This document shows, piece after piece, positions 1 to 9,283 of a stretch of 64,000 nt of DNA. The DNA comes from a virus. Lineage: Duplodnaviria; Caudoviricetes. The notes under the pieces are model-generated. The model had not been told where the DNA came from, did no database searches, and saw only the letters and a list, made by a program, of their open reading frames with translations. The stretch covers positions 1 through 64,000 of the IMG/VR virus record IMGVR_UViG_2551306162_000001. One strand, 5' to 3'. How positions within the stretch are numbered: position 1 is the first letter of the stretch; every line of letters begins with the position of its first letter. The translations under genes were made by a program, and so were the position numbers.

Positions 1-78
1 GCCATGCAGTCACCCTACGTGGGTCGGGCCGTGCAGACCCACACGGGGCCGGGCATCACCCCAGGTACACGGCGGTTT

Positions 79-1383
79 TCAGTCCAGGTCGACGGGCTCC
101 CCATCGGCATCGAACCACGTACCGTCGTCCTCGATCACCGGCTCAGTTCGTAACTGGGCCGTCAGCGCGCGAGCCGGATCGAAGTAGGCGTCCGTAGCCA
201 ACCGAGAGCGCGGCGCCGAAGACGGCATCAGATGCGTGTACACGCTCAACGTCGTCTTCGGGTCCGCGTGACCAAGATACTCGGCCAACTCCCGGACTGA
301 CACACCCGCAGCTAACTGCAAGCTCGCATACAGATGCCGCAGCGCATGCACCCCGTCGACGCGCTTACGCATCACCACCTGCGCCCGCCGGAACGCACCA
401 GCCCACTCCGTGCCCTGGAACAACTCCCCATACCAGGGATCCTCATCAGCGCGCACCATGACCAGCTCCACCGTGGTCATCCGGCCATCCAACGTCCCCC
501 ACGGCAACGTCACCGGCCGCGGCGGGAACGCCTCCATGTACGCGTCCACCCGGTCGATCACCCACGACGCCGCAGGCACGATCCGGGTCTTGTCCCCCTT
601 CGGCAGCGAGAACACCCGCCCCCCGGTCAGCCGCCGGATCTGCCGCCGCACCACGATCTCGTTGGTCTCGCGGTTGATGTCCTCCGGCGAGAACGCCAGG
701 ATCTCGCCGCGGCGCATCCCCTGCCCCGCACCCAACGGGACCACCAGCCGGGCCCGATCACTCAACGCGGCCTCGATCTTCAACAGGCGATCCTTTGTCC
801 ACGGCACCACCAGGCTCTTCGGCGCCCGCGGCCGCTTCACCCCGTCGGCCGTGCACGGGTTGACCGGGATCCACTTCGCCGCGACCGCGACCCTGAAGAT
901 GCCGGACACCTGCCGGAACAGCAGCACTTTGTAGAACTCGCCCAGCGGGTGCCCGTAGGCCTTGCGCTGGTTGAGCCAGTCCATCCACTCGATGACCTTC
1001 GTGCTGGCCGTCTCGGTCGACATCTTCCCGAAGAACGGCTCGATGTGATTGTCGTATTGCGTCTTCCAGGTGGTGCGCGAGCGAGGATTCGGCGACGACG
1101 CCTGCAGCCACAGCTCATAGGCGGCCGCGAACGGCTTCTTGCCCGCCTTGGGATCGATGTACTTGCGGTCCAGCAGCGAATCGTCGATGTGGGTCTGATA
1201 CGCCTGCGCCTCGCGCTTCTTGCCGTCCGGGAACGACTTCGACACCTCGTTGCCGGCGGGGTCGATCCAGCGGACCTTGTAGCGCATCCCCTTCCCGAAC
1301 CCGGCCTTCTTCTCCCGCTTCTTGCGGCGCGGGTTCTCAGGGTCGGGTTCCTCCTTCCACCACAGGTCCTCGATGTGGCTCAC
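79..1383 (-). CDS. int: Tyrosine integrase
   Basis: GMRRGEI (R), HALRH, LGHAD and VYTH (Y) catalytic motifs; GTG at 1383 follows a GGAGG RBS and overlaps the xis stop. Confidence 0.95.
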   Translation of the reverse strand: MSHIEDLWWKEEPDPENPRRKKREKKAGFGKGMRYKVRWIDPAGNEVSKSFPDGKKREAQAYQTHIDDSLLDRKYIDPKAGKKPFAAAYELWLQASSPNPRSRTTWKTQYDNHIEPFFGKMSTETASTKVIEWMDWLNQRKAYGHPLGEFYKVLLFRQVSGIFRVAVAAKWIPVNPCTADGVKRPRAPKSLVVPWTKDRLLKIEAALSDRARLVVPLGAGQGMRRGEILAFSPEDINRETNEIVVRRQIRRLTGGRVFSLPKGDKTRIVPAASWVIDRVDAYMEAFPPRPVTLPWGTLDGRMTTVELVMVRADEDPWYGELFQGTEWAGAFRRAQVVMRKRVDGVHALRHLYASLQLAAGVSVRELAEYLGHADPKTTLSVYTHLMPSSAPRSRLATDAYFDPARALTAQLRTEPVIEDDGTWFDADGEPVDLD

Positions 1384-1622
1384 GCGGCCTCCTCGAGCGA
1401 CTGCAGCCACGCCTCGACCGCGGCGCGACGCCAGCGCAGGCCCTTGCCGATCTTGATGGCGGGCGGGCCGCCCTTACCCTTGCGCCATTCGTAGATCGTC
1501 TCGACGGACACACCGAGGTAGGTGGCGAGGTCGTCGATGGTCCACAGCCGTTCGGCGACAACGGCGGTCGCGGCAGCGGGCGCAGGCGTAACGTTCGTGG
1601 TTTTGCGGGTGTTGGTGGGCAT
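1380..1622 (-). CDS. xis: Excisionase / HTH_17 DNA-binding protein
   Basis: LWTIDDLATYLGVSVETIYEWR...GPPAIKIGKGLRW; directly upstream of int. Confidence 0.88.
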   Translation of the reverse strand: MPTNTRKTTNVTPAPAAATAVVAERLWTIDDLATYLGVSVETIYEWRKGKGGPPAIKIGKGLRWRRAAVEAWLQSLEEAA

Positions 1623-1649
1623 TGGACTCCCGTTTCGTCGGTGTCGTTG

Positions 1650-1666
1650 TCCAATGCACTGTAATG
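1650..1666. promoter_or_regulatory. TCCAATGCA operator-like site upstream of xis
   Basis: TCCAATGCACTGTAATG; same core as the sites at 43302, 51452, 56534 and 56725. Confidence 0.65.
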
Positions 1667-1798
1667 CAGTACATTGCTCTACACCACCCCTGGCGCAGCA
1701 GGCCCCCGCGACGCCGCGCCAGGGTTTAGCCATGCCCCTATCCGGGTAGAGGACGCCGTCGTAGACTCCGTGCAACCAGCCAGCGCACAGGGGGCACC

Positions 1799-2401
1799 GT
1801 GACGTATCCGCCGACACCGCAGCCGAGCGGGCAGCACCCGATGCCGCCGTATCCACAGAACGCACCCGGCTACCCGCAGCAGCTGCCCACACCGCCGCAG
1901 AGAAGGGCCTCCCCCGCGATCATCGGCACGGTCGTAGCCGGTCTCGTCGCAGCACTCGTCGTGGCAGTCGTGGCCGTCACACAGTTGAGCGGGAGCGACA
2001 GCGACTCCTCCACAGTCCAGGTGGACTACGCATCGGCGCCGAAGGGCGTGTCGGGCAAGCTGGAATTCGCCGTGCTGGAGGTCGCCAACGGCCAGGACAC
2101 GGTCGGCGATCGCACCGCGCGGGGCAGCTTCACGACGATCACGTATCGCGTCACCAACATCGGCACATCGGCCGAGTCATACAACGCCGACGGCAACGTC
2201 TACCTGTTCGACGCCCAAGGCCGCATGCACAGCCTCGAGAACAAGACCTGGGGCAAGTCGGTCCAGTTGAACCCCGGCCTGTCGCAGACCTACCAGGTGT
2301 CGTGGGACATCCCCAGCGACGCAACCCCGAAGGAAGCGTCGTTCTCGGCGGGCATGGGCTCGCCGTTTGCTCGTGTCACACTGCCGGCGACGACTCGATA
2401 G
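1799..2401 (+). CDS. DUF4352 (Mpr-like) membrane protein
   Basis: Pro-rich N-terminus, one TM helix, Ig-like domain (VTNIG...LFDAQGR...LNPG...WDIP). Confidence 0.75.
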   Translation: MTYPPTPQPSGQHPMPPYPQNAPGYPQQLPTPPQRRASPAIIGTVVAGLVAALVVAVVAVTQLSGSDSDSSTVQVDYASAPKGVSGKLEFAVLEVANGQDTVGDRTARGSFTTITYRVTNIGTSAESYNADGNVYLFDAQGRMHSLENKTWGKSVQLNPGLSQTYQVSWDIPSDATPKEASFSAGMGSPFARVTLPATTR

Positions 2402-2726
2402 GCACGTCTATCGCGCATTCCCATCCCGAGGCGGTGCGGATCCAGCCTTGCGGTGACGGCGGGGTCATCCATGCCTCAGCTCCGACTCCGCGCAGCGCGG
2501 CCAGCTCGTCTTCGGTGATGTCGCGATGTGGCCACACCTCGACGGCGCCGGGCGCGGGGACGACGATGTGCCCGATCTGCTTCCACCAGCGCCAGCGGTG
2601 GTCGACGCGGTAGCAGGCTCGGCCGGTCGCCGGTCGGACAGTGACGCCGAGCGCGTGAAGAAGTCCGATGTCAGGCTCGTGGATATGGAGCACATCGAAC
2701 ACTTCAGGCCGCCGGGTCGAACGCAT
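2376..2726 (-). CDS. Hypothetical protein, probably SOS-regulated
   Basis: 116-aa ORF whose ATG lies inside an SOS box; TAGGAT -10 at 2733-2738. Confidence 0.65.
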   Translation of the reverse strand: MRSTRRPEVFDVLHIHEPDIGLLHALGVTVRPATGRACYRVDHRWRWWKQIGHIVVPAPGAVEVWPHRDITEDELAALRGVGAEAWMTPPSPQGWIRTASGWECAIDVPIESSPAV

Positions 2727-2732
2727 GTTCGA
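2717..2732. promoter_or_regulatory. LexA SOS box
   Basis: TCGAAC-GCAT-GTTCGA, a perfect match to the actinobacterial TCGAAC-N4-GTTCGA consensus. Confidence 0.85.
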
Positions 2733-2792
2733 ATCCTATCGTGTGTTTGCTGGGAACGCACCCACCGGATCGAACACTGTCCAGTCACGACG

Positions 2793-2823
2793 AAAACGCC
2801 CCCGACCAGGACGGTCGGGGGCG
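2793..2823 (-). terminator. Intrinsic terminator of the tail operon
   Basis: CGCCCCCGACC/GGTCGGGGGCG stem followed by TTTT on the minus strand. Confidence 0.75.
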
Positions 2824-2837
2824 CTTCGGTGGTGCTG

Positions 2838-3893
2838 TCAGGTTACTCGCACGTAGGTGGTGGCTCCGGCCTGGATGGTGGCGGCGTAGGTGCCGTCCCA
2901 GGTGCCGAAGCCCTTGCGTTCCACGGTGATCAGGTCGCCGGTGACGACGTCGGTGGTCACCGAGTGGTTCGTCGGCGAGGTGGTGTCGGAGCCGGACTCG
3001 GCGCCCACCTGGACGCCGTTCTTCATGATCCGGACGCGGATGTCGTTGCCGCCGGCGCCCGCGGTCCAGGTGAGCTGGACGGTGATCGTGGCGCCGGTCT
3101 TGGATCCGTTAACGACCAGAGCGTTGCCGGAGACCGTGCTGCCGGGGTAGCCGGTGGTGTCGGCGGTCCAGCTCGGGACCACCGTGTAGGTGGTCGACGT
3201 GGTCGCGGTGCCGTTCTTCGTCATGCCGGACGGCATGAAGGTCTGCGCCGCCGCGGCCAGGGTGCCGGTCGCAGAGAACGGGGCGGTCGTCCGTGCGACG
3301 ACGGCTCCGGTGAGTGATCCGGCCGCGGTGAACGGTGCTCCGGCGGCGGGCTTCTGGATGCCGGTGAGCAGCCCGGTCGCGGAGAACTGGGCCAGCGCGG
3401 TCGGCACGGCCGCCGCGGACAGGTCGCCGGTGCCGGCGAACGGTGCCACGCCCTGGTTGGTCGGGATCAGCAGCGTGCCCTCGCCAGTGAACTGGGCGGT
3501 CGGGGCAGCAGCCTGGATCGCCGACAGCAGGCCAGCGGCCGAAAACTGGGCCGTCGTGACGGGGGCTGCGGCCGCGGCGAGGGCGCCTACAGCTCCGGCC
3601 TCGGCGGTGAGCCGGTCGGTCGGGATCCGGAACGTGCCGGTGCCGGCGAACGGCGCGCCGGGGGCGGGGACCTGGACGGCGGTGAGGCCGCCGGTCGCGG
3701 AGAACCCGGCCAGGGCGGCGGGGATCGCCACGACAGTCAGGGTGCCTTCGGCGACCGCCGCGGCCAGTGGCGGCGGGATGTAGAAGCGGTCGGGCAGGTG
3801 GGCGCGGGTGCCGGTCGGCAGGCCCGCTTGCGTGGTGCCGCCGTCTGGCAGGGCCGCTACCCAGCGTGTGCCGGTGGGGAGCGGGGCGGCCAT
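2838..3893 (-). CDS. Minor tail / fibre protein
   Basis: Ala/Gly/Thr-rich repeats (F.A.G.L.A) and a beta-rich C-terminus; last gene of the tail operon. Confidence 0.75.
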   Translation of the reverse strand: MAAPLPTGTRWVAALPDGGTTQAGLPTGTRAHLPDRFYIPPPLAAAVAEGTLTVVAIPAALAGFSATGGLTAVQVPAPGAPFAGTGTFRIPTDRLTAEAGAVGALAAAAAPVTTAQFSAAGLLSAIQAAAPTAQFTGEGTLLIPTNQGVAPFAGTGDLSAAAVPTALAQFSATGLLTGIQKPAAGAPFTAAGSLTGAVVARTTAPFSATGTLAAAAQTFMPSGMTKNGTATTSTTYTVVPSWTADTTGYPGSTVSGNALVVNGSKTGATITVQLTWTAGAGGNDIRVRIMKNGVQVGAESGSDTTSPTNHSVTTDVVTGDLITVERKGFGTWDGTYAATIQAGATTYVRVT

Positions 3894-3894
3894 G

Positions 3895-4248
3895 TCAGCT
3901 CACCGAGAACGAGGGGGTGACCTTGATGGTGCCAGCCGAGCCGAGGGTGATGCTGGGGGCGAGGGCGCACTTGTCGTAGAATGTGCCGCCGCTGGACGCC
4001 GACCACAGGCCTGCGTAGGAGAACGAGCCGGAGGGCGCGTTGAAGGTCAGCTCGGCCATCGACAGCGAGCCGCCGCTGCCGGAGGTCCAGGTGCCCTGGA
4101 CGCGGGCATAGGAGCCGCCGGAGGCTTCGGAGGTGCCGGTGGTGCCGGGGTCGCCGGTGTGCAGGGACACCCAGACGGTGGAGGCGCCGGAGAGGGTCTT
4201 GTAGGCGTCGGCGAGGACCTGCCGAGTAGTGCCAACAGCTATTGCCAT
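3895..4248 (-). CDS. Minor tail protein
   Basis: SLHTGDPGTTGTSEASGGSYAR motif typical of actinophage tail proteins. Confidence 0.8.
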   Translation of the reverse strand: MAIAVGTTRQVLADAYKTLSGASTVWVSLHTGDPGTTGTSEASGGSYARVQGTWTSGSGGSLSMAELTFNAPSGSFSYAGLWSASSGGTFYDKCALAPSITLGSAGTIKVTPSFSVS

Positions 4249-4252
4249 GAGA

Positions 4253-4561
4253 TCAGTCCTGTCGGGCCACTTGGCCCCGGTACCAGCAGAAATCCTTGCC
4301 GTCCGAGAAGTGGACGTAGATGCGGAATTTCGCTGGGATGGTGATGGTGTCCGACACCTCGGACTGGATGAGCCACGACACCCACGCGGTGGTGACGGTG
4401 GCCGACCATTCGGCCAGGACGGTGTCGGTGTGGTCGTAGATGCGCAGGGTGCAGGTCGTGCCGACCGGGATGAAATTGCCCTCGGGCACGACGATTTGGT
4501 GGACGAAGTCCTGGCCGGGGACCAAGACGATGGTTTCGATGAGGGGCTCGTTGCCGAGCAT
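4253..4561 (-). CDS. Minor tail protein (LtfC/BppU-like beta sandwich)
   Basis: LVPGQDF...WYRGQVAR; tail context. Confidence 0.65.
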   Translation of the reverse strand: MLGNEPLIETIVLVPGQDFVHQIVVPEGNFIPVGTTCTLRIYDHTDTVLAEWSATVTTAWVSWLIQSEVSDTITIPAKFRIYVHFSDGKDFCWYRGQVARQD

Positions 4562-4579
4562 CCGGGCCTCCCGGACGGG

Positions 4580-5812
4580 TCAGATACCGACGCCGGAGTA
4601 GATGCGGACGTCGTCGAACGCCGCGGAGTTCGATCCGTCGCGCTCGACACGCAGACCGGCGTAAGCGTTGGTGGAGGGCACGACGTCGTGGACGTTGCCC
4701 GCGTACAGGGCCGGGGTGCCGTTGATTTCGAGCCAGCAGACGCCGTCGTAGACGGAGAAGGCGAGCTTGTCGCCGTCGGCGACCGTGACGCCGCGGTTCG
4801 AGAAGTCGTAGAACGACGGGGTGCCGTTGACGCTGGAGGTCACGCGGCCGAGGTAGACCTGACCGGAGAAGATGTTCGCGGTCAGAGCTTGGTCACCGGC
4901 GGCGTTCATGCACAGCATCAGCCCGGAGTCCGAGGCGGTCGACGGGCTGCGGACGACGGCCTCGATGCGGGCGCGGCCATTGAGGTTGCCGACGTTGCGG
5001 GTGAGTCCGACCGAGTTGTTGTTGCTGCCGGTGTGGACGTACCGGTTGCTGACGATGCCCGCGTCGGTGCCGAGCTGGGTCCAGCCGTTGCCCGCAGCGC
5101 CGTCGGCCCGGTTGAAGTCGTCGTAGAAGATCGACGACCACACGGTCTTCGGCGGGATGCTCGATGGCCTGTCGTAGTGGTTGATCCAGCGGATGTACAC
5201 GTTGCAGTAGGAGCGGTTGACCAGGCGGACGCAGCGGCGCAGCGGTGAGAGCTTGTATGCCTCGGTCGGCATGACGGAGCCGACGTAGCTGTTGTTGAGC
5301 CAGATGCGCAGCCAGGCGTCGTTATCGCACCAGACCCGCACGGTGAGGGTCTTGCCGTTGAAGCTCCCGACGGGCGAGTCCCAGGTCCCGATCAAGTTGA
5401 TCGGGGTGAACATATCGGGGAATTCGCCCACGACGATGTTGTCGTCGAAGCCGCCGAGCTCGTGCTTGAAGCCGACCCCGACCGCCTTCTGGAAAAGATC
5501 ACTGCCGATCCGCACCCAGGAGTCGGTGAAAACGATGTAAAAGTGCTGGTTGTCGGCGCCCGACACCGGATACCACAGCTCGGCTTCGAAGCCCCAGTTC
5601 GGCGTGAACGGCTGCCACTCGTAGCTGGGGCCGCGGCCGTCAGAGTTGACGGCCTGCTCGGTGACGACCAACTCCTCGAGGTTGTTGATGTAGGACTCGC
5701 CGCCGCCGAGGTGCCGCCAGGGCCGTTGCAGCGGGTTCTCCGGCGGCCGGTCGAAGGTGTCACGCCAGCCCGCCCACGCCAACGGCAAGTTGCGGCGGAT
5801 CAAGAAGCTCAC
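4580..5812 (-). CDS. Minor tail protein (two lectin-like domains)
   Basis: Duplicated D.F.R motif, beta-rich. Confidence 0.7.
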   Translation of the reverse strand: MSFLIRRNLPLAWAGWRDTFDRPPENPLQRPWRHLGGGESYINNLEELVVTEQAVNSDGRGPSYEWQPFTPNWGFEAELWYPVSGADNQHFYIVFTDSWVRIGSDLFQKAVGVGFKHELGGFDDNIVVGEFPDMFTPINLIGTWDSPVGSFNGKTLTVRVWCDNDAWLRIWLNNSYVGSVMPTEAYKLSPLRRCVRLVNRSYCNVYIRWINHYDRPSSIPPKTVWSSIFYDDFNRADGAAGNGWTQLGTDAGIVSNRYVHTGSNNNSVGLTRNVGNLNGRARIEAVVRSPSTASDSGLMLCMNAAGDQALTANIFSGQVYLGRVTSSVNGTPSFYDFSNRGVTVADGDKLAFSVYDGVCWLEINGTPALYAGNVHDVVPSTNAYAGLRVERDGSNSAAFDDVRIYSGVGI

Positions 5813-6132
5813 TCGCCGGCCTCGAACGCTCCGGAGATGGTGCCGCCATAGTCGGCGAGGAACGCGCGGATCCCGGCCAACGCCAGCCGGTTGCCGCGTA
5901 GCCCGAGCCGGTCAGCCGGGTCGAGGTGTACGCGCAGCTCATCCGGGATCGCGTTGAAGCGGGCGATCGCGGCGTCCAGGATCTCGATCGCGCGCGCGGC
6001 CGGGGTCATGTCGAACAGGCCCTCGAGGCTGTCGACGTCGAATGCCGCGGCCCACAGGGCTTCCCGATAGGGCTGGATCTGGGGCGCGGACTCGATCGTG
6101 CCGGTCGCGCCGATGCAGTGAAAGGACAGCAC
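5809..6132 (-). CDS. Hypothetical protein
   Basis: Coupled ORF in the tail operon. Confidence 0.65.
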   Translation of the reverse strand: MLSFHCIGATGTIESAPQIQPYREALWAAAFDVDSLEGLFDMTPAARAIEILDAAIARFNAIPDELRVHLDPADRLGLRGNRLALAGIRAFLADYGGTISGAFEAGE

Positions 6133-6141
6133 GACAGCCTC

Positions 6142-6807
6142 CTAAGGCTTCGGCGTGAACACGCCAGCGACCGCGATCTGCAGCACCTGCGGCGCGACGG
6201 ATCCGGTGATCGTGGGGACGGTGTAGAAGAAGCGCTCCTTGTCCAGCACAGGGACCTCGAGGAGCGGAATGTTGTAGCGGGTCACGTTCGCGCCGATGGT
6301 GGCCGTGGTGTACGTCGTCGCCGAGGTGCCGGTGGCGTTCCACTTTCGGCACTCGATCGACATGCCTGCGGGCTGGGACAGCAGCGCGATGTGGACGTCG
6401 GTCAAGTAGGCGTCCTGGTCGTCGGGCACGTTCAGCACGGGCCCGAGCAACAACTCGTTGCCGCCGAGGACGACCGCGGCCGAGGCCACGACACACTCGA
6501 TGATCCAAAAAGAGCTGTTCAGATAGGCTTTGTCGGCGATGTCGACAGCATCGGCAGCAGCATTCGCGGCGGCCTGGGAGGCGGTGACTGCTTCATCGGC
6601 GTGGCCGTCAACGACCGCGATAGCGTCATAGGCCCCGTTGATCCGACCGCGAACCTCCACACCGTGGACGTTCTGGGCGTTGCCGAACGCGCCGAGGACG
6701 CCGGACTTCATCGAAGCCTTGGCGTCCTCTTCGGTGGCGAGCTGCAGGGGCCGGAAGTCGCCCGGCTGTTTCGCGCCGTCGGGCGTAGTGCCGATGGGGT
6801 AACTCAC
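6142..6807 (-). CDS. Minor tail protein
   Basis: ORF in the tail operon with RBS. Confidence 0.6.
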   Translation of the reverse strand: MSYPIGTTPDGAKQPGDFRPLQLATEEDAKASMKSGVLGAFGNAQNVHGVEVRGRINGAYDAIAVVDGHADEAVTASQAAANAAADAVDIADKAYLNSSFWIIECVVASAAVVLGGNELLLGPVLNVPDDQDAYLTDVHIALLSQPAGMSIECRKWNATGTSATTYTTATIGANVTRYNIPLLEVPVLDKERFFYTVPTITGSVAPQVLQIAVAGVFTPKP

Positions 6808-6823
6808 GAGTCACCCCCGACGG

Positions 6824-7147
6824 TCAGATCGAGTTGGAGATTTCGGGCGGGATCGGCGGCGGTGGCGGCGAGGGGACGTGGGTGCGGATGAATTCGAGCA
6901 GGTCCTTGACGTAGTCGGTCAGGATGTCGATGCGGCGCACGTCGCGGTAATGCTGCAGGACGTCGGCTTCGTGCTGGGTCTCCAGCTTCGCGATCCGGGT
7001 GCGCAAGTCCGACAGCTCGGCGCTCAGCGGCGCGAGGACCGTCTTGAAGTCCTCGCGCTGCGAGTCGAGCGTGCGTGACTTCGGCGCGACGAAGCCGACC
7101 AGGATGCCGAGTACCGCCGTCACCGCGGGGATGATGACGGACCACAT
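6824..7147 (-). CDS. Membrane protein of the lysis cassette
   Basis: N-terminal TM, coiled coil, Pro-rich end; follows the holin. Confidence 0.65.
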   Translation of the reverse strand: MWSVIIPAVTAVLGILVGFVAPKSRTLDSQREDFKTVLAPLSAELSDLRTRIAKLETQHEADVLQHYRDVRRIDILTDYVKDLLEFIRTHVPSPPPPPIPPEISNSI

Positions 7148-7150
7148 GCG

Positions 7151-7492
7151 TCAGCCGATCGACGGAGTCTTGTACGCGGCGACGCCCAGACCCAGGGCGG
7201 TGGCGACCAGCGCGACCACGGCCGCGGCCTGCGAGTCGCTGAGGACGCCGTAGGTGATCAGGGCGGGCTGCGCGACCGTCAGGATCCGGTACAGCCAGGT
7301 GCGCCAGGTCGCGGTCGAGTTGGCGCCGGCGACAGTGAAGCCGAGCACGGCGCCGACGATCGAGACCCACAGGGCGGCGTCGGCGTCGTTGAGTAGGCCG
7401 AGGGTGACCAGCAGGACCTGCAGGGGCGCCAGCAGCGTGTACAGGCGGCCGCGCGCGTCGGCGGTGAGGTCGCGGAGGGTGTCGAAGGACAT
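7151..7492 (-). CDS. Holin
   Basis: Four short TM segments in a duplicated pattern; follows lysin A. Confidence 0.8.
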   Translation of the reverse strand: MSFDTLRDLTADARGRLYTLLAPLQVLLVTLGLLNDADAALWVSIVGAVLGFTVAGANSTATWRTWLYRILTVAQPALITYGVLSDSQAAAVVALVATALGLGVAAYKTPSIG

Positions 7493-7523
7493 TGAGATAC
7501 CTCGTGATTGGGGGTGCGCCGCG

Positions 7524-8591
7524 TCAGGCGGCGTCGGGGAGAGGGGTGTCGCGGTCGCCCGCGGTCAGCAGGCCGAGGGTCGGCTTGGGGGTCCAGTGGA
7601 TGCGGCCGCGCTCGAAGTCCTGGTAGGCCGCGCCGTCGAACGGCTGCTCGTCGGAGACGGGCCAGCCGAACTTGCCGTTCTCGAACCCGGAGCGGTTCCA
7701 GTGGTCGCGGATCGCGCCGTGGACCCAGTAGGCGGGCTGCCCGTAGCGGCGGTAGACCGCGCCGCGCTGGAAGCCCTGCACGTCACCCCAGTTGGCGCCG
7801 TCGGGGCCCTTCAGGACGGTGTGGTCGGTCGTCGGGTAGCCGAGGCCGCCGGCTTCCCAGCCGAGGCCGGCGAACTTGTCCCAGAGGGTGTCTGGGATCG
7901 GGTGCGCGCCGGTGGCCGGGGACCAGTAGATGTAGCCGCGCTCGAACTGCGCCCACTTCCCGATCTTGTCGGGGCAGGTGTTCTCGCCGACGGTGAGCCG
8001 CTTGCCCAGCCACGGCGAGACCGCGGCCTTGGCGTCGATCTCGTTGCGGACCGGCGCGGGGGCGGTGCCGCCCGCGTACTCGGCGACGTAGCCGGCGAAC
8101 ACGTCCCAGGGGAAGTTGGGGCCGACGTCGGTGTGGTCGCCGATGCCGAGGGCGTCGGTGACGTAGCGGTGGTCGGAGATACCGTCGGCGCGCCGGTAGG
8201 GCGGGGTGATGACGGTGGTGGCGAACTTGTACTTGCGGGCGTCCTCGACGGCGAGGTAGGCGGCGATGCGCAGGTCGCGGTCGATGGCGAGCCACTGCTG
8301 CCGCGACCACGCGGAGCGGGAGCCGGCGAAGCACAGGTTGATGGTCTGGGAGTTGGCGTCGAGCACCGACCACGATGCGTAGTCGGTGTCGACGACGTTG
8401 CAGACGATGCCGTCGCGGACCGTGTAGTGGTAGGAGACGCCGTTGTCCGGGTTGTTCAGGTAGCCGGCGAGCGATTCGGCGCTGCCGTTGCCCTCCTGTG
8501 TGTGCAGCAGGAAGTTGGTGACGCGGGCGCCCCAGCGGGACGAGCGCGAGTTGCCGAAGGCGTCGATTTCGGTGAAGTCGGGACGGGTCAC
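7524..8591 (-). CDS. lysA: Lysin A (Amidase_2 plus LGFP repeats)
   Basis: LLHTQEG, SYHY and DHTDVGPNFPWD amidase motifs; LGYP/FGWP repeats. Confidence 0.9.
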   Translation of the reverse strand: MTRPDFTEIDAFGNSRSSRWGARVTNFLLHTQEGNGSAESLAGYLNNPDNGVSYHYTVRDGIVCNVVDTDYASWSVLDANSQTINLCFAGSRSAWSRQQWLAIDRDLRIAAYLAVEDARKYKFATTVITPPYRRADGISDHRYVTDALGIGDHTDVGPNFPWDVFAGYVAEYAGGTAPAPVRNEIDAKAAVSPWLGKRLTVGENTCPDKIGKWAQFERGYIYWSPATGAHPIPDTLWDKFAGLGWEAGGLGYPTTDHTVLKGPDGANWGDVQGFQRGAVYRRYGQPAYWVHGAIRDHWNRSGFENGKFGWPVSDEQPFDGAAYQDFERGRIHWTPKPTLGLLTAGDRDTPLPDAA

Positions 8592-9283
8592 AGACCGGCC
8601 TCCTCAAATTTCTTGGTGATGCCGCGGCGGTTCGCGCCGAGGTGGCGCTCGATGGCGAGGACGCGGTCGACTTCGTCGGCGGGCGCGTTGCGCAGGTAGG
8701 CCACGACTTCGGTGACGGTCTTGTGGATCGGGTCGAAGGGCAGCGGCTCGTTGGAGACGGTTGCGCCGTCGCGGGTCGGGCGGCCGGTCTGCGGGACCGC
8801 GGGCTCGTAGGCCTCGACCAACTGGTGGTCGGGGACGGCGGCGCGCGGGTCGAAGCCCATCGCCTCGGCGAGTTGGCGTTTGGCGTCCTGTGGGAGGCTC
8901 TTAACGAATTCCTTCACGTCGAACTGGTCGCGTTCGGGATCATTCACGTCGACCCAGACGCCGGGGTTGGTGAGCCAATGCGGGTCGCCGACCTTCGGCC
9001 GCTGGTACTTGATGATCACCTCACCGGGAATCACCGAATCGACCGGGCGGGCGCCGCAATCCCACTGCCGGCGTGACACCTGCCGCAGGTATTCGATCGG
9101 GAAGACCAGCGGCGCGCCGCGCATGCCGGGCAGGCCCGCATACATCCACAGGAACGCCTCTTCGGGGCAGTTCGGGTTGCAGGTGGCGCGGGTGGGGAAT
9201 TCGCCGTCGGCGAGCCAGGGAGACTGGTCTACCTCCACGGCGGGGGTTTCTGTCAACGGAGCCTCCTGGCTATTTCGTGACAC
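8588..9283 (-). CDS. Minor tail protein (DUF2744-like)
   Basis: PEEAFLWMYAGLPG...SRRQWDCGAR. Confidence 0.75.
   Translation of the reverse strand: MSRNSQEAPLTETPAVEVDQSPWLADGEFPTRATCNPNCPEEAFLWMYAGLPGMRGAPLVFPIEYLRQVSRRQWDCGARPVDSVIPGEVIIKYQRPKVGDPHWLTNPGVWVDVNDPERDQFDVKEFVKSLPQDAKRQLAEAMGFDPRAAVPDHQLVEAYEPAVPQTGRPTRDGATVSNEPLPFDPIHKTVTEVVAYLRNAPADEVDRVLAIERHLGANRRGITKKFEEAGL

Noticed and set aside
1-78. attP/attL core
   Set aside because: Expected near int, but no partner repeat or tRNA-end match is visible in the window
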